Assembly (NCBI RefSeq): GCF_000143415.4
Contig: NW_003314316.1
Coordinates: forward strand, 124,001-188,000
Direction: 5' to 3'
Origin: Selaginella moellendorffii
Taxonomy: Eukaryota > Plantae > Lycopodiophyta
DNA length: 64,000 nt
Positions 25,735 through 39,600 of this stretch are shown piece after piece. The notes under the pieces were generated by a model. It saw only the letters and a list, made by a program, of their open reading frames with translations. It did no database searches and had not been told where the DNA came from. The position numbers and the translations under genes are program-made. Every line of letters starts with the position of its first letter. The first letter of the stretch is position 1.

Positions 25735-25995
25735 AAATGAAATAAGTTGTACTCTTATAAGATTTTTGAGATTGTGAATTTAATAAGTATTATAAAAATT
25801 CTTTTCAGATATTAATTTATTATATATGTATATACTAGTTTAGATCTTACACATACATAATAACAATTTGTGAATAGAATATAAAAATGTGCATATTTAA
25901 TTAGCCCCACCCTAGCTTATATACAAGAGTAAGTGGTTCAGATTGAAACTAATCCAATGGTTGCCAAAATCCTACTATACTAATAATAATGTATA

Positions 25996-28900
25996 TATGA
26001 GATACAAAATCCATAGGCCCTAAAGTGGAGCCGAAAGGGTGCCATGTGGTAGTGGCCGAAGTGAAAGCCAAATGAGCATAACATGTTTGGACTAAAAACT
26101 CCGTCTTGAAAAGGTCGAGAGCGGGAGTGGAGCTCCTAATGAAGTGCTCGAGGAACAAGCACGAAGCGAGCAATGAGTGAGTCTCTAGAAAAGGGACACA
26201 AGAGGACCAAAACATAACACATGAAAGTGTCCGAGATGGACCCGAGATAGACCCGAGATGGAGTCCGAGATGGATTCGAGATGGACTCGAGATGGAGTCC
26301 GAGATGGACCCCGAAATGGACCCAAGATGGAGGCCGAGATGGACTCGAGATGAAGTCTGAGATGGACCCGAGATGGACCCAAGATGGAGTCCGAGATGGA
26401 CCTGAGATAGAGTCTGAGATGGACCTGAGATAGAGTCTGAGATGGACCCGAGATGGACCCGAGATGGAGTCCGAGATGGACCCGAGATGGAGTCCAACAT
26501 GGACCCGACATGGAGTCTGAGATGGAACCGGGACTGAGACCGAGACTAAGACCAAGTCCGAGTCCGAGACCGGGACCAAGACCGAGTCCGAGTCCGAATA
26601 CTAATACAGACAATTGAGTGAAAGCCCAAAGCGATCGTCCCCCCCGGGGGGGGGGGGGGGGGGGGGGAGGGGGTTGCGGGGGGTTCCAAAAGTATAGTAG
26701 GGAGAGATAGTAGGGAGAGTGTGGGGGTTGGAGCCCAGTGGAGCCAGTTTGGCTAGGAAAGGCCACTTTGGCCCAGGAAGGCTATACCCAGTGTTGGGTG
26801 ATGAGTTGCCTACTGGGAAGTCCAAGACTATAATGAACATGGATTGACAAGTGGGGTAGCTTGGTGAAGTGTTCAAGAGCCGGCTCTAGTTCCCCCAGAA
26901 AATCGACTAGCCGATGCTCCCAATGCAAGTGTGGGTGGCACTACCTACTTGGATACCTGGCGTGGCTCAACGGAACCTCGCTCTAAGCCCATGGCTAGAG
27001 CACCTAAAGGTGGAAGGCGGGGAGAATACACATGAGGCCCACGTAGGGCCACGGTGTTTCGAAATGTTGGCCCAAAGTCCCAGACTGTGGAAAGGAAGAG
27101 GAGTAGCCCTCTGGTGTGGTGACCAAGGACACAGTTGCACAGTGAGGTAGTCCCAAAGGCCAGTGGACTTAGTGGTCAGGCCTGTGGGCCTTGATCTAGT
27201 GGCAGTGTTGGTGAACACGGCCATGGATGGAAAGGGATTAGGTGGGGACCGGAAAAGAGATATTGGGGAAGGCTATTCCCCATGTTTGCAGGCATCTTAA
27301 GGATGCTAAGGAGTGGGTCTGGGATGATCATTCATGAACGGATGACCCAGTCTTTGAGAGACGGGATTGCAATGCAGGTGGTGTTGGACCACTGGTGTGA
27401 CCAAGGTAAATGGGCATGGCCTTAGTGTAACGGGTCGATACATCAGTGGTACTTTGGGGTGTCAATCATGGGATCGGACACGTGGAGCACTTGGACCAAG
27501 TGCTAAGGTTGAGTGGCATGGATGCCATTCTCGGGGCTAGCAAGCCCTAAGTCCTGAATTGGACTTATGGAGGTTGTGAATGAGACTCCTCTAAGTGGTC
27601 GGAGGTGTGGTTAAGTGACTAAAGTAGAATGGAAAATTTAGTGGTTTACAATTTGGTATCGGAGCTGTTCCTTAGTCCGACTTTTATTAGTGCTCAAGTA
27701 TATCACCGCTAGTGTTGGCATCGGAAGGTCATAAGAGTGGGCCTATCCTTGAGGAGTAGTAGGTCGGGAAGACATGGCTTTCCACTACAGTTCATGTGTG
27801 AACTTGTAGGTGAGGCAGTGGATAAAAAAGGGCCAGTAATGGAACGACTTCGGGATCTTGGGAGCAGTATAAGATTTCCCTCAGAGAGTTGAGGATGTGA
27901 TCCGGATGAGCGTTTGACTTAGCAAACTGGCTAAAGTAGTTGTGGTAAACAACTATAATTAGGATCACAACAAAGATAAAGACTCCAAAACAATAAAGGA
28001 GTCACAAGACTATCCTCACATAATTGAGGCTGGTGCTCATGAATTTGAGACCAGAATTGACGACCATGAGAGGTCAAGTACAGATGAGGATACGAGTCCT
28101 TAAAATAGTAGCCGGGGCTACCTCTTATAAATGCTGGAACAAACCCAAGGAGTTGGGGGTGTGCTTAAAGGATGAGTCGGTATTCTCATCATATGGACGG
28201 ATAATCCTAAGGGGCAAAGATAGCCCATAAAGAATGGAAAATAATAAAATGTTGGAGTAACACTTGCAAAGATGGTCTTTATGAGTAAGACATGAATACA
28301 TGAAGTTATATTCTAGCGAGCTGGCACCTCAAAAATAAAACCTTATAAGTTGTTGGTTTAGCAAAGTACAAAAATGTTGGATGACTCAAGAAGAGTCAAG
28401 GAATAGTCCTAAAGGATTGGAAAAAGCATTTGGACTAAAGTGTATTGTGCCCCATGAAGGTTGGGAAGGATTTTAAGATCCAAGTATGAGAACAGTGGGT
28501 ATTTAATTGGTGGCAGAACGTGCTATGCTAAAGTCGTGGGAAAGAGTTTCCCGAAGCAAAACAACTTTGACACAAAGTTGTGTGTAAACTCTAGGGTTTA
28601 GTGCTAAGAGACAACCGTATTGGTTTTGGCAAAGACCTAGACACAAGTAAGAAGTGTCATAAAGGTAAACTCGTGGAGCCAATGGTGTGGAAACACCGAA
28701 TGTACCAAAGCGTGTTACCTTGAGGTCAAGTTGGCAAGTTCATGAGAACCCCTTCTAAAGGAATTCTAATTGAAATGTGAATGGCATAGCCTAAGCTGGA
28801 AGGCATATGATTGGAGTGTGGTGACCAAATAATGATGGAGGTGAGGAAGCACCAGTAATGAGTTGTAGGACTTGACAATTATAAGGCAATTAAGCAAAAG

Positions 28901-31900
28901 GTGCAAAATAATTCGTTAAATTGGTAGAAAGCAACTACCTAAGACTTCTTATTCGGATAAAGATACCCTTATGAGGGAGAAATTGCTTATATTGTGATAT
29001 AGTAAGTTAATGTCGTAAAGGGAATGTTCATTATTAAAGAGGCCATCATTGGGACACCCAAGCACTCTAAAACACTAGGAGGTGGTGTTTAATGTCATGA
29101 GGGCAATGGATAATGCCTAAGGGACAAAATCCCTAGCTAATGATGGATAGGAGGTATTATCCAAATGTCCAAGGTTGCGGAGATGGGAGAAGTTTGTCTA
29201 TCCAAATTGGACAAAGCCAAAAAAGGATTTTGGCAAGACTAGTGATGGGCATATAAAGGCCTATAAATAGTAATGATAATCCTAGTGTGTGGGATTATAA
29301 GGTGAGCAAACCCAGATTGAGGAACCATTCTCTAAGTTGTCGAGTAGGTTCATCCCTATAAATACTTGCTAAGGCATAGTAGAAAGTGCAAAGCTATTTT
29401 TTTAGTCTGAAGGAGAATGACCGAAGGAAATGTATGAGGCCAAAAGGCACGTAATAAAGGGATAGAACCGAACCATAGAAATTGACAGGCATGACCAAGG
29501 GTGGTTATGCAAGTTGGGAGTGGAGAATCAAGTGGGTGCTCAAGCATGTTATTATTAATGACTGGGATGCCTGAAGAGTATAAAACATGGGATTGTCCAT
29601 GTTAAACTATATAGCAATTGGAAAGCTTGCGAAAGGAGAGACCTTAGCAAGCTAAAGAATAGAGTTCCTTGAATGTTCCCCTAGGTAGATAAGTACCTAA
29701 ACATCCAAGTGTAAATAGTTTATAGAGACAAAATCAGAGTGGTGTAGCAAAAGCGTGGTCTTGAAGCTTGCCAAGAGGCGAGGCTATCAAAGTTAGGGAA
29801 GTACTTCCCGAGTGTTCAAAGAGAGGGCTTTGAACGAAAGTCGATGGTTAAAGACTTTCACATTTATACATGAACTATGTTGCGGTGATCGGATAATTTG
29901 CTAAGTGAGATTGGCAAGTCGGGGAACGAATACCCTAGTTGAAAGAGCCAACTTCAAAAGGGTGGCCCATGAGGCCGAGCATGGAGGAATCCATGCATGA
30001 TCACAGATTTATCAAGTGAGAGGACTTGGCAGCGCGGAGGAACTAAGTTCCTAAGCTGTGATCTGTAGCGCACTTTAAGTATATGTTGGTGCACCAGCGT
30101 GTGGAGTCACGCTAGGCATCATGTGCGATGCTGTCCGTAGATGCATATATAGAGGTTGGGTTCAACCCTTTAGTGCTTGGGTTCGAGTCCCAACTTATTA
30201 GGGTGAGGTGATGGTTTGGAATATGAGGACACTCATTTTTCGGTGGTTATGGATTCTTAGTAAGGAGACTAGCTTGGGCACACCACCGAATGGGGGATGC
30301 CCCGGAGTCATGATGCACAATTAGATTGTTTAGTGTGAAAGCTTAGCATATTTAACTTGAACCCTTTGGTGCAAGTGGCACCAAAGACGTGGTGAATGAG
30401 ATGGGGACACCTAGTTTTAGTTGTTATGGACCCTCGGCCGGAGGGGCTGGCTTAGGTGCACCACTAAGTGTGGGGGATGCCCCTGGGGTCATGGCGAATA
30501 ACTTAAAGGTTTAAATGACTTAGTACCTATTGATAAACTTGTTAAGGTGCCAAGGTTAAATCACTAGGTGATCTTATAGCTAAAATAAGGATAAAGTTTT
30601 TGTGAGGTTAAGGGATAAAGTTCCAAGTTCAAAGTGTTGATTGGAACTATTGATGATAGTGTGGCTTGGTCAAGGTAACTAAGCGGGAAGAACACCTAAG
30701 GGAAATGAACTATGTCAATGCGATTGCATAGTCAGTCCAAGGAAAGTAATCTCTATAAAAGATCCATGGGAGGGTCTCAAAGTTAGGTCGTGGATAGAGC
30801 CCACGGCAGAAAATGTTAAAGAGACGTACTAGGGGTGAACACCCTTTGGACTTGGCAAAGTAAAGTGTTTACTATGGAACCGAAGGGATATCTCGAGAAT
30901 GGAGGTAGCGATTCTATGTTGCTAGATGCAACAATCAACGATAGGAGCAAAAGACTAGTGGCTAAGAAAAGAGCCATGGTAATCATGGGAAAGAATCCAA
31001 ATGGCAAAGTTAGGCCAAAAACACTAATGTGTTGGGTGTTAATGGATTGTGGGAAAGGCAATGTGTTTCCAATGATAGATTCTCAATTGCTCCGATTTGG
31101 CGAAAGTGGAAGCTCCAAGGGTGGGAGTAGTAAAGTAGCCAAATGATAGGGCTGTGAGTAGTCCTAGCACAAATTATGATAACTAGAACTTAGTGCCAAA
31201 GGTGGCACGAAATCAAAGAGGGGATGATGGTGCCTTCAAGTAGAGAACTTCCTAGGATGGGGAAGTGGAGTTGCGCAATATGTGCAATGCAAGGTGTTGG
31301 AGACACCCAGAAAATTGACTTCAAGAAGTCAAAATTAAAAGTTCCAAAGTGCAAGGGTTATATCGATGGAAATTGAGACTACTTGAGAATGAGTAGTAGG
31401 ATTGAGTTACAGAAGGTGTCTCTAACAGATTTAGCGAGAACTAAACCAATAAAAGGAGAGAACCACCACAAGTGGTCGAATGAGTTTCTAAGTTGGAGAG
31501 ACTATGCTCCTTAGAGGGTGAACAAAGCATGGTGAGCCTTCGGTGTCAAACCATTGACGAATATTAGTGAGGTGCCAAGGATGGAAAGGGTAATACATGT
31601 TGGTATTACTTTATGAAATAGTCTATCGTTCGATGAAAACATCGAACTTCGTATATGGGTGGTGGAGTTGTGAGACACAAAATCCCTAGGCCCCAAAGTG
31701 GAGCCGAAAGGGTGCCACGTGGTAGTGGCCGAAGCGAAAGCCAAACGAGTGTAACACGTTTGGACTAAAAGCTCCGGCTTGAAAAGGTCAAGAGTGGGAG
31801 TGGAGCTCCCAATGAAGTGCTCGAGGAACAAGCACGAAGTGAACAATGAGTGAGTCTCTAGAAAATGGACACAAGAGGACCAAAACATGACATGTGGAAG

Positions 31901-33069
31901 TGTCCGAAATGGACTCGAGATGGAGTTCGAGATGGAGTCTGAGAAGGACCTGAGATGGACCCGAGATGGACCCGAGATGGACCCGAGATGGAGTCCGACA
32001 TGGACCTGAGATGGAATCCGAGATGGAACTATGACCGAGACCAAGACCGAGATCGAGACCGAGACCGAGTCCAAGTCTGAAACCGGGATCGAGACCGAGT
32101 CCAAGTCCGAGTCCGTTCCAAAAGTATAGTAGGGAGAGTGTGGGGGTTGGAGCCCAATGGAGCCAGTTTGGCCAGGAAAGGCCAATTTGGCCCAGGAAGG
32201 CTGTACCTAGTGTTGGGTGATGAGTTGCCCACTGGGAAGTCCAAGACTAGAGTGAACACGGACTGACAAGTGGGGTAACTTGGTGAAGTGTTCAAGAGCC
32301 GGCTCTAGTTCCCCCGGGAGATCGACTGGCCGATGCTCCCAATGCAAGTGTGGGTGGCACTACCTACTTGGATATCTGGCGTGGCTCAAAGGAACTTCGC
32401 TCTAAGCCCATGGCTAGAGCACCTAAAGGTGGAAGGCAGGGAAAGTACCTATGAGGCCCGCGTAGGGCCACGGTGTTTTGAAATGTTAGCCCAAAGTCCC
32501 AGACTGTGGAAAGGAAGAAGAGTAGCCCTCTGATGTGGTGACCAAGGACACAGTTGCACGGTGAGGTAGTCCCAGAGGCTAGTGGACTTAGCGGTCGGGC
32601 CTGTGGGCCTTGATCTAGTGGCAGTGTTGGTGAACACGGCCATGGACGGAAAGGGACTAGGTGGGGATCGGAAAAGAGATATTGGGGAAGGCTATTCCCT
32701 ATGTCTGCAAGCATCCTAAGGATGCTAAGGAGTGGATCTAGGATGATCATTCATGGACGGATGACCCAGTCTTTGAGAGACGGGATTGCAATGCAGGTGG
32801 TGTTGGACCACCGGTGTGACCAACGTAAATGGGTATGGCCTTAGCGTAACAAGCCGATACGTCAGTGGTACCTTGGGGTGTCGATCATGGGATCAGACAT
32901 GTGAAGCACTTGGACCAAGTGCTAAGGTTGAGTGGCATGGATGCCATTCTCAGGGCTAGCAAGCCCCAAGTCCTAAATTGGACTTATGGAGGTTGTGAAT
33001 GAGACTCCTCCAAGTGGTTGGAGATGTGGTTAAGTGACTAAAGTAGAATGGAAAATTTAGTCGCTTACA
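25996..33069 (+). mobile_element. Complete non-autonomous LTR retrotransposon (LARD-like, probably Gypsy-derived)
   Basis: 5' LTR 25996-27650 and 3' LTR 31669-33069 are highly similar (TG/TA...CA). 5-bp TSD GTATA at 25991-25995 and 33070-33074; PBS TGGTATCGGAGC at 27654-27665; PPT-like ATGGGTGGTGGAG before 31669; the 4-kb interior lacks long ORFs. Confidence 0.92.
26229..26600 (+). repeat. LTR minisatellite of 11/12-bp units (GAGATGGACCC / GAGATGGAGTCC) then 6-bp units (GAGACC/GAGTCC); poly-G follows at about 26646-26667; shorter array in the 3' LTR at about 31901-32116
   Basis: Direct observation; this array produces the spurious repetitive ORFs at 25949-26766. Confidence 0.9.
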
Positions 33070-33074
33070 GTATA

Positions 33075-34000
33075 ACTATAATCCATATATTTGGACCTCA
33101 CATTATCCCCTCCTCTTAGAAGGATGGGAGGCAATTAAGATCTTTATATTGATGAGCCAAGATTTGGAGAAACATCAAGAGGAGGCATTAGTGGATTTAT
33201 AGGCAATGCAATGTATTTCTGATCCCTTTATATGAAGCACTTACACTATTGCATATATACAATTTCTAAAGGATCAGCTTATTGAATTATGGTCCAACTT
33301 GCCACAACACTTGATATGATCTCTTCTATTGGGCAATAAACCTTTTAAACAAACCACATACTATAAAATTAGGAAAATGAACCAACACTAAGTTATCCAC
33401 TTTGTACTTTGTAGATGCACATTGTAATGTTGTTGTTGTCCCACTTGTACATAGCTCAAGTGTTTAACAAACTTTGGTTGCATTAATGGAAGAATGCTCA
33501 TCAAATATTGATTGCAAAATCTAACATTGGCAATTTATGGCAATTATAAAGGTAAACTCAACTCTATCACAAATATAAGATCATGACTATATAAGAGTTT
33601 TTGTGGTAAAGCACCAACAGTATACATATACCAAAGATATGGCAAATAACCATCCCAATGTGAATGTTGAAAGTTCATATACTTCACAATCATCCCTTTG
33701 AAGGTTTGAATGAGCCACTCCACTAAACCATCTATCTATAGATGATAAGCATTGTGAAAGTGTGGCATTTAACTAACTGAGACATCAAGATATGAAATGT
33801 CTCAACCATGAATATGGGACCATTGTCCCAGAGAATCTGCTCTGGATAAGATTATTGGAATAACACTTGATTGAGGAGAAAGTATCTAATAGTAATTGCA
33901 AACACATTAACTTCTACTTAACAAGTCAAGTAACCGAAAGCAATAATAATATATTCATTGCTAGCAATTGATTGTAGAAAAGGCCCTATTAAATCAAATA
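33075..34000 (-). mobile_element. Older decayed Gypsy integrase + PPT + LTR start; host element of the LARD insertion
   Basis: Minus strand gives QILWDNGPIF and HNAYHL..DGLVEWLIQTFKG (integrase D..E region), then PPT AAGAGGAGGGGA and TGTGAGG at about 33101. Confidence 0.55.
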
Positions 34001-35169
34001 CCACTAGCTCAACTAATAAAAAACTACTGGATGGAGCTGGATCAATGCTTGCTCAGCTTTGGCTGATCTACTGCTGCTAGCTAGAGTTGGATGGCTCTCA
34101 ACTCACACTATTCTGGCTAGTCTGCCACTTGAAGTCCTACTCTTGGATTGCTCCTAGATCACTACTTTCTTGGGTTGTGCTGATAGCTAGAGTTGGATCA
34201 CTATTTTTCTTGTTGGCTGCTCAGTCTTGTTTGCTACAATGGCAATTAGTCACTCTAGATTAGAACAAGCTAGCTTAGAGAAAAACTAGAACTCTTACCA
34301 AGTGGGACGAAAAATAATTGCTCACTCTAGTAAGAAATCTGTAAAAGGAATATTAGATCATAAAAGACGATCCAGCTTAACTCCTGATTGAAACACTAAA
34401 GCTCTTGAAAAAAATCTTGATAAATTCACCAAGGCTGACCTAAAAAAAGAAGCACACAAACACAGAGCTACAATGGGAAGTTTTTCAGCAAGCAAGCACA
34501 AAGAAATCAAGGCATAAAGAGATACTTATCTTCATGAACAGCTCTCAACTTAACATTGCCGAGAGATCCATGATTGCCATGGACTAGAAATGTGACTTTT
34601 CTTCAAGGATGAAGCATCTGTGACCATTTCTATGACCATTTGTTGCTTATTTTTATCCATTAGGGCCTTATATTTCTAGCACAAAAGAAAAAGAACACTT
34701 TTGTATAAGAGATTTAGATCCAAAAAACTTGGAATAAAAACTTGTTCTAATGCTCTGAGCTCACTAAGCCTTGTGAACATGTTGCCATAGAGCATGGCTT
34801 CCCTCTTGTTATATACTACTTGCTTCTGCTTTGTACTCCATTCTCAAGTCCCTGTAAGATAAATGTGAGAGCCTCAGCTTGATAGCAATTTCTGTCTTTT
34901 TTTTCTTGAGTAGTGGAGTGCAGGTTCACTACACAGATATGTGAGGATGGATGTTGAACATAAAGGCTCTCTATTGCAGAACTCAAACTTACATGTTGAG
35001 ATTGATATAAAAAGGCATTAGAGATTGATCCACAAAACTAATAAGATCATTTTATCCCTGGATCTTCCGCCACTACTTCCATTGCCTTGCTACACAGGAA
35101 GCAAACTCAAAGATCTCAGCTAAGAAAATGAAATTCTCTCATAAAAACCTACTATATATCTTGTATAAA

Positions 35170-36600
35170 AACATTGTCGAGACTGCTAAATGACATGAGC
35201 CACAAGAATATTCTAAGAATATATATGCCCTTGGCTAGTCTAGGGTTCACCCTGTTAGCATATTCTTTTGGGATGGTAGAGGAGCATGATTTTGATCCTA
35301 ATGAGTATGGCATTAGTATTAGTGATGATAGCTATGAGGAGAATTTGATAATGTCATTGTAAGGTAAGAACACCAAATTACTAAGGATCAAAACAACAAA
35401 GAGGTGAAGGATTTTATCAATCTCATTAAGCATTTCATGCTTTATATGGACCCTCAAAGTTTGAATCAATCTTGTGTCCGTGATTACCATTGATACATTA
35501 AGCATGTCAAGGATTATAGTATCGTAGAATGGAAATTGTCACTAAATGTTTGTGAATGCTAGGAGCTTAATTGTTAATTAGAGTTGTGGGAATGTTGTTG
35601 GTCTCATAACCCTTGTAAAGATAAAATAAAGATTGATATTTTTATGATGAAGCTTTTAAGTCATGTTTTTTTGTGGTGGAAGAACTACATCAAAGTTAAT
35701 TTGAAACTGATTTTTTGGAGTGATTTGATAAAGGTTTTTTATATTTTATTTGTCAAAAGTTACAAAAGATTGATCTCGTACGCCAATTGTTAGAGATCAA
35801 GTAGGGAATTTTATCTTTAGATATGTATGCCCATAAGTTCTATGGTTTTTGGCTTGGTCTCACGAGCACCTATAACGAGCTGCTAAAGGTGCAATATTCT
35901 ATCAAAGGTTTGAGTTCAATGGATATGCAATAGAAAGTCAAAAAGGATTTTATAGCAACCTTAACTAATGCTTTTAATAAGGCTTATATCTTTTCACCAA
36001 AACCACTGGTCAACTTGGTCAACTATAGTCAATAGGATGGTCAATAGAAAAGTCAATGTAATGACCAGCTAACTAATGCTTCATATTCAGGGAAGAAATG
36101 GCTATTGCTATATCGGGGCTTAAAGAATGAAAATGGTAATGAAGCTAAGAAATTTTGGTCAAAGTAACAAAAGAAGGATAAGATAGATGGCATGTTTTTG
36201 TTGCAAGAAGCCTAGACATCATGGTCCTCTTATAAAAAGGTTAAGAAATGCTAAATTAAATGCAATGGAATCTATTATGAATACAATTTAGGTGTCTACT
36301 ATAGTGGCTCTTTCACATTTAGTGGCAAAAGTTCAAGAACCTAAGTTTTTAGTTCATATCAACTCTATAGAGCTTAATAGTTCTACAATCAACTAGTGAA
36401 GGCCAAGGCATTCTTTTTTATCCATGTGTTACTATAGATAATATTTAGAGCTCTAAAGTAGTGAATAAATCTTGTTTGTCTATAGAAAAAAGTTTGGTGA
36501 TTTATGAAGTGGTTATGGCAAATGGAGTACAAACCATTCTTGAGCTTATGAGTTGAAGAGTTGAGCTCGTAAGTTGAGTTCAAGTTTCAATTATAATTTA
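35170..36600 (+). mobile_element. Decayed Gypsy gag remnant
   Basis: LLSHVFLWWKNY..WSDLIKVF (retrotrans_gag-like) and CFCCKKPRH knuckle at about 36195. Confidence 0.45.
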
Positions 36601-39600
36601 ATACAAACATTATAAATATTAAAATATTAAGGTTATGGTGAATTTAACAATTTCACAACTCTCTATATATTATATAAATGAAAATGGTCCAAATGACACT
36701 TTTTATTCTAACAATTTAATATTTATTATATGCTATAACAGGGATGTTTGTTAGAACATAAATTAAGATGTTTCTAGAAAAAGTATCCTTGTCACTTTCT
36801 TAAATCTGTACTTTGCTAGCTAGTAAATATCAGGTTTGTCAGTTTAAAATGCTAAAATTATTAAATTTGAATAAAATTCAATATAAAGCCATATAACTGT
36901 TTGAAAGCAAAAAAAAAAAAAAAAAAAAAAAACCGTTGATGTAAGTTTGTTGCATATAAAAGGAGAGATTTAAGTCTTTTCTAGAATATATTCTTAAGAG
37001 GTTTGTTATAGCACACTATTTAGAATTTAAAAATCTTCACTCTCACTCTCATTTGAAAAAAGGGAAATACACATAAATGTCTATAGGTTCTAATGTTTGT
37101 AATTTAAACTCTTACAATTTTTTTCCCAGAGTTTAAGGGCTAGGAGTTGTAATAGCTATCCCATTACACAACATAACTAAACCATACAAGAAAAAGAAAG
37201 AGAGGATAGTGATCATAAGTTGAAGATAAATGCAATGGTATAAGGTATAATAAATTGGCTGAAAAAAATGCCCTCCTACTTATTTTTGAAAATTTTAAGA
37301 AATGCTCTATGTATTTTTTGGCTTCCAATGGAAATAATGGTGATGATTAGTACAATAGTATATATGCTTTTAAAACACATTGCAACATCTTGCACTCAAA
37401 AGATTATTATAAAATATTTTTTGAGATGGTAAAGATAAAAATGGAGATACATAAGTACTATGGGTAATATTTCAAAAAGAACACTCACAAGTATCTAAAA
37501 TGAAAAGTGAAATGAAAAAATATTTATTTATTAATTATATAAATTATAATAAGTTTATATTATTAATAGAGAATAAAGATCAATAGTCTTGACAAATCTA
37601 GTTAACTCCAAAAGTCTTCTATAATTCAGCAATAGTAAGGTTTGCATAATATATATGAATATCCATCTTAGGATCTTGGTGTAAGGTGTTGATAAAGATG
37701 TAATATATATGCTTGTAAGGAGTATATTCCTTGCGCTTTATAAAGCTTGGACATGTGCAAGAAGGAAAGTCTTAAATAGCAATTATATACTCTCCATCTT
37801 CTATTTTGACTATGTACTCCTTTGCAAATTAATGATGTATTTTGTAGAGAAAGTCTCACACTCAAGCATTTTTTGCTTAGTTTATTTTACTCTACTTCTT
37901 TTGGAGATAGTACTAATAGATTTAACTACCATACCGTTTCTTGTTAGCTTTTTCTGCATCTTTATGGTTCTATCACTCATGTCTTCAACTCTCCTCTCAA
38001 GATTGAAACTAAATTTCTCAAGGTTTTCAATCTCATTTGAGGTGAGTGCAACCTCATTAGCAACTAGTTATTTTATAGATATTACATCAGGTTTAGTCAC
38101 TATAGTGTCTTGAAGCCACTTCGTATGGTTGGCATCAATGTTGCAATAATATAACTAGCACTATTTCAAAAATTTTACTTGCTTTTATTTCTCATAGAAA
38201 TATGGGGTTGAAACAGAAGCAAACTTGTCACCATACATTCAGGCTCAATACTAACCCCTCGAAAACATTCTTATACACATTATGTTGGATTTTGCTAGCA
38301 CTTGGATAGATTGTCCATTGCCTTGGCTCCAAGCTATAGTAAAAGATTTCAAGTTGTTGTAATGCATTCTCTTCATCAGCCACTTAAGGTGGGTCTATTC
38401 GAGGGCAATGCCTTAGAGTGGAATGGTACTCAATATCAAACTTATGAGTGCTTTTTGCTCCAAAGTCATTGCTACCATCTTCATAGTAAAGAAGAAGTGA
38501 CACTTTGAGTGGACAATCTTCATACCACCAATAGAAGCCCGAGGAGTGTATGTGTTGTGGACCACTTCCTCAATTACAATTGCCATTATTTGGGTGGGTG
38601 GAATCAATTTTCTCTTCATCCTATTATGTAACATCTTAATAGAAGGCCATGTTTCCATGTATCTTTCATCGTTAAATGCCAACATTTTTTAAAATTGCTC
38701 TATAGTGCATATGAAATCTAATAAACATGCTTTGTATAAACTCATCTTCCCTTTCCTTGCCTCAAAGGAACATTAGCTCTAGTGCTTACTATTAGAGAGA
38801 TTCATAGGTGGGGTGTATGCAAGGTCCTCAAATGGTTGATTCTAATGGAAAAGACAATATTAAGAGGCAATAAAATGAAAAGAAAAAATAAAAACCACTT
38901 TGAAAAGAGTGATGTCCTCATTAGAACATCTTAACTTCCACCACCCTAATCATGACTCAAGTTGAGTTAAGGAACATATGTCTGCATAGCCTTCTTTACA
39001 CCATCACATCTAGATTTTGTTTGCCTTTGCCTCATGCTCTTCTTTATAGGATGCAATTTGTTATTGTTTGCACAACTCTATAAACACTGATTGAAACTTT
39101 AGTTTGATAAAATGGTAGTGCTAGTTTAAGCTTTGTGCCCAATAAAACTCACAAGTCCTCTCACAACTTTATAATGGTTGACTATTCCTAAAATTTGCTT
39201 GGACACCATTCTAGTTTTCACTAGCCCCATTTGCTATGAAACCATGAAAGTTTACAAGCTTACCAATCTACTTTATTACAATATCAGAAAAGGACTTCTA
39301 AAATATTTCCTAGGCTGTCTAGTCTTGTACTTTAAACTTTACTATCGCAATTATCAAGTTACAATATAGCTTGTAAAAACATAAATATTACAACCATTTC
39401 ATTATTATGAGAATAAAAGTCACCTTGATTCATACATATGAGTTTCTATGGTTGTCTAACTTGATACACACTCCATATGGTCAAAATGTATCTATGCATT
39501 TGAAAGGTCACTAAACCTAGACATGTCTATTTGGGAGACATGTCAACCTCAGCCCCCCAGATTGTCAAAGTGCTTGAGGTGACTGGCCAGAGTTCAACCT

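Noticed and set aside
26229-26600. Regular short repeats resembling a CRISPR array, and long Ser/Gly/Pro ORFs at 25949-26766
   Set aside because: There are no unique spacers; this is a minisatellite inside an LTR, duplicated in the second LTR, and the ORFs are by-products.
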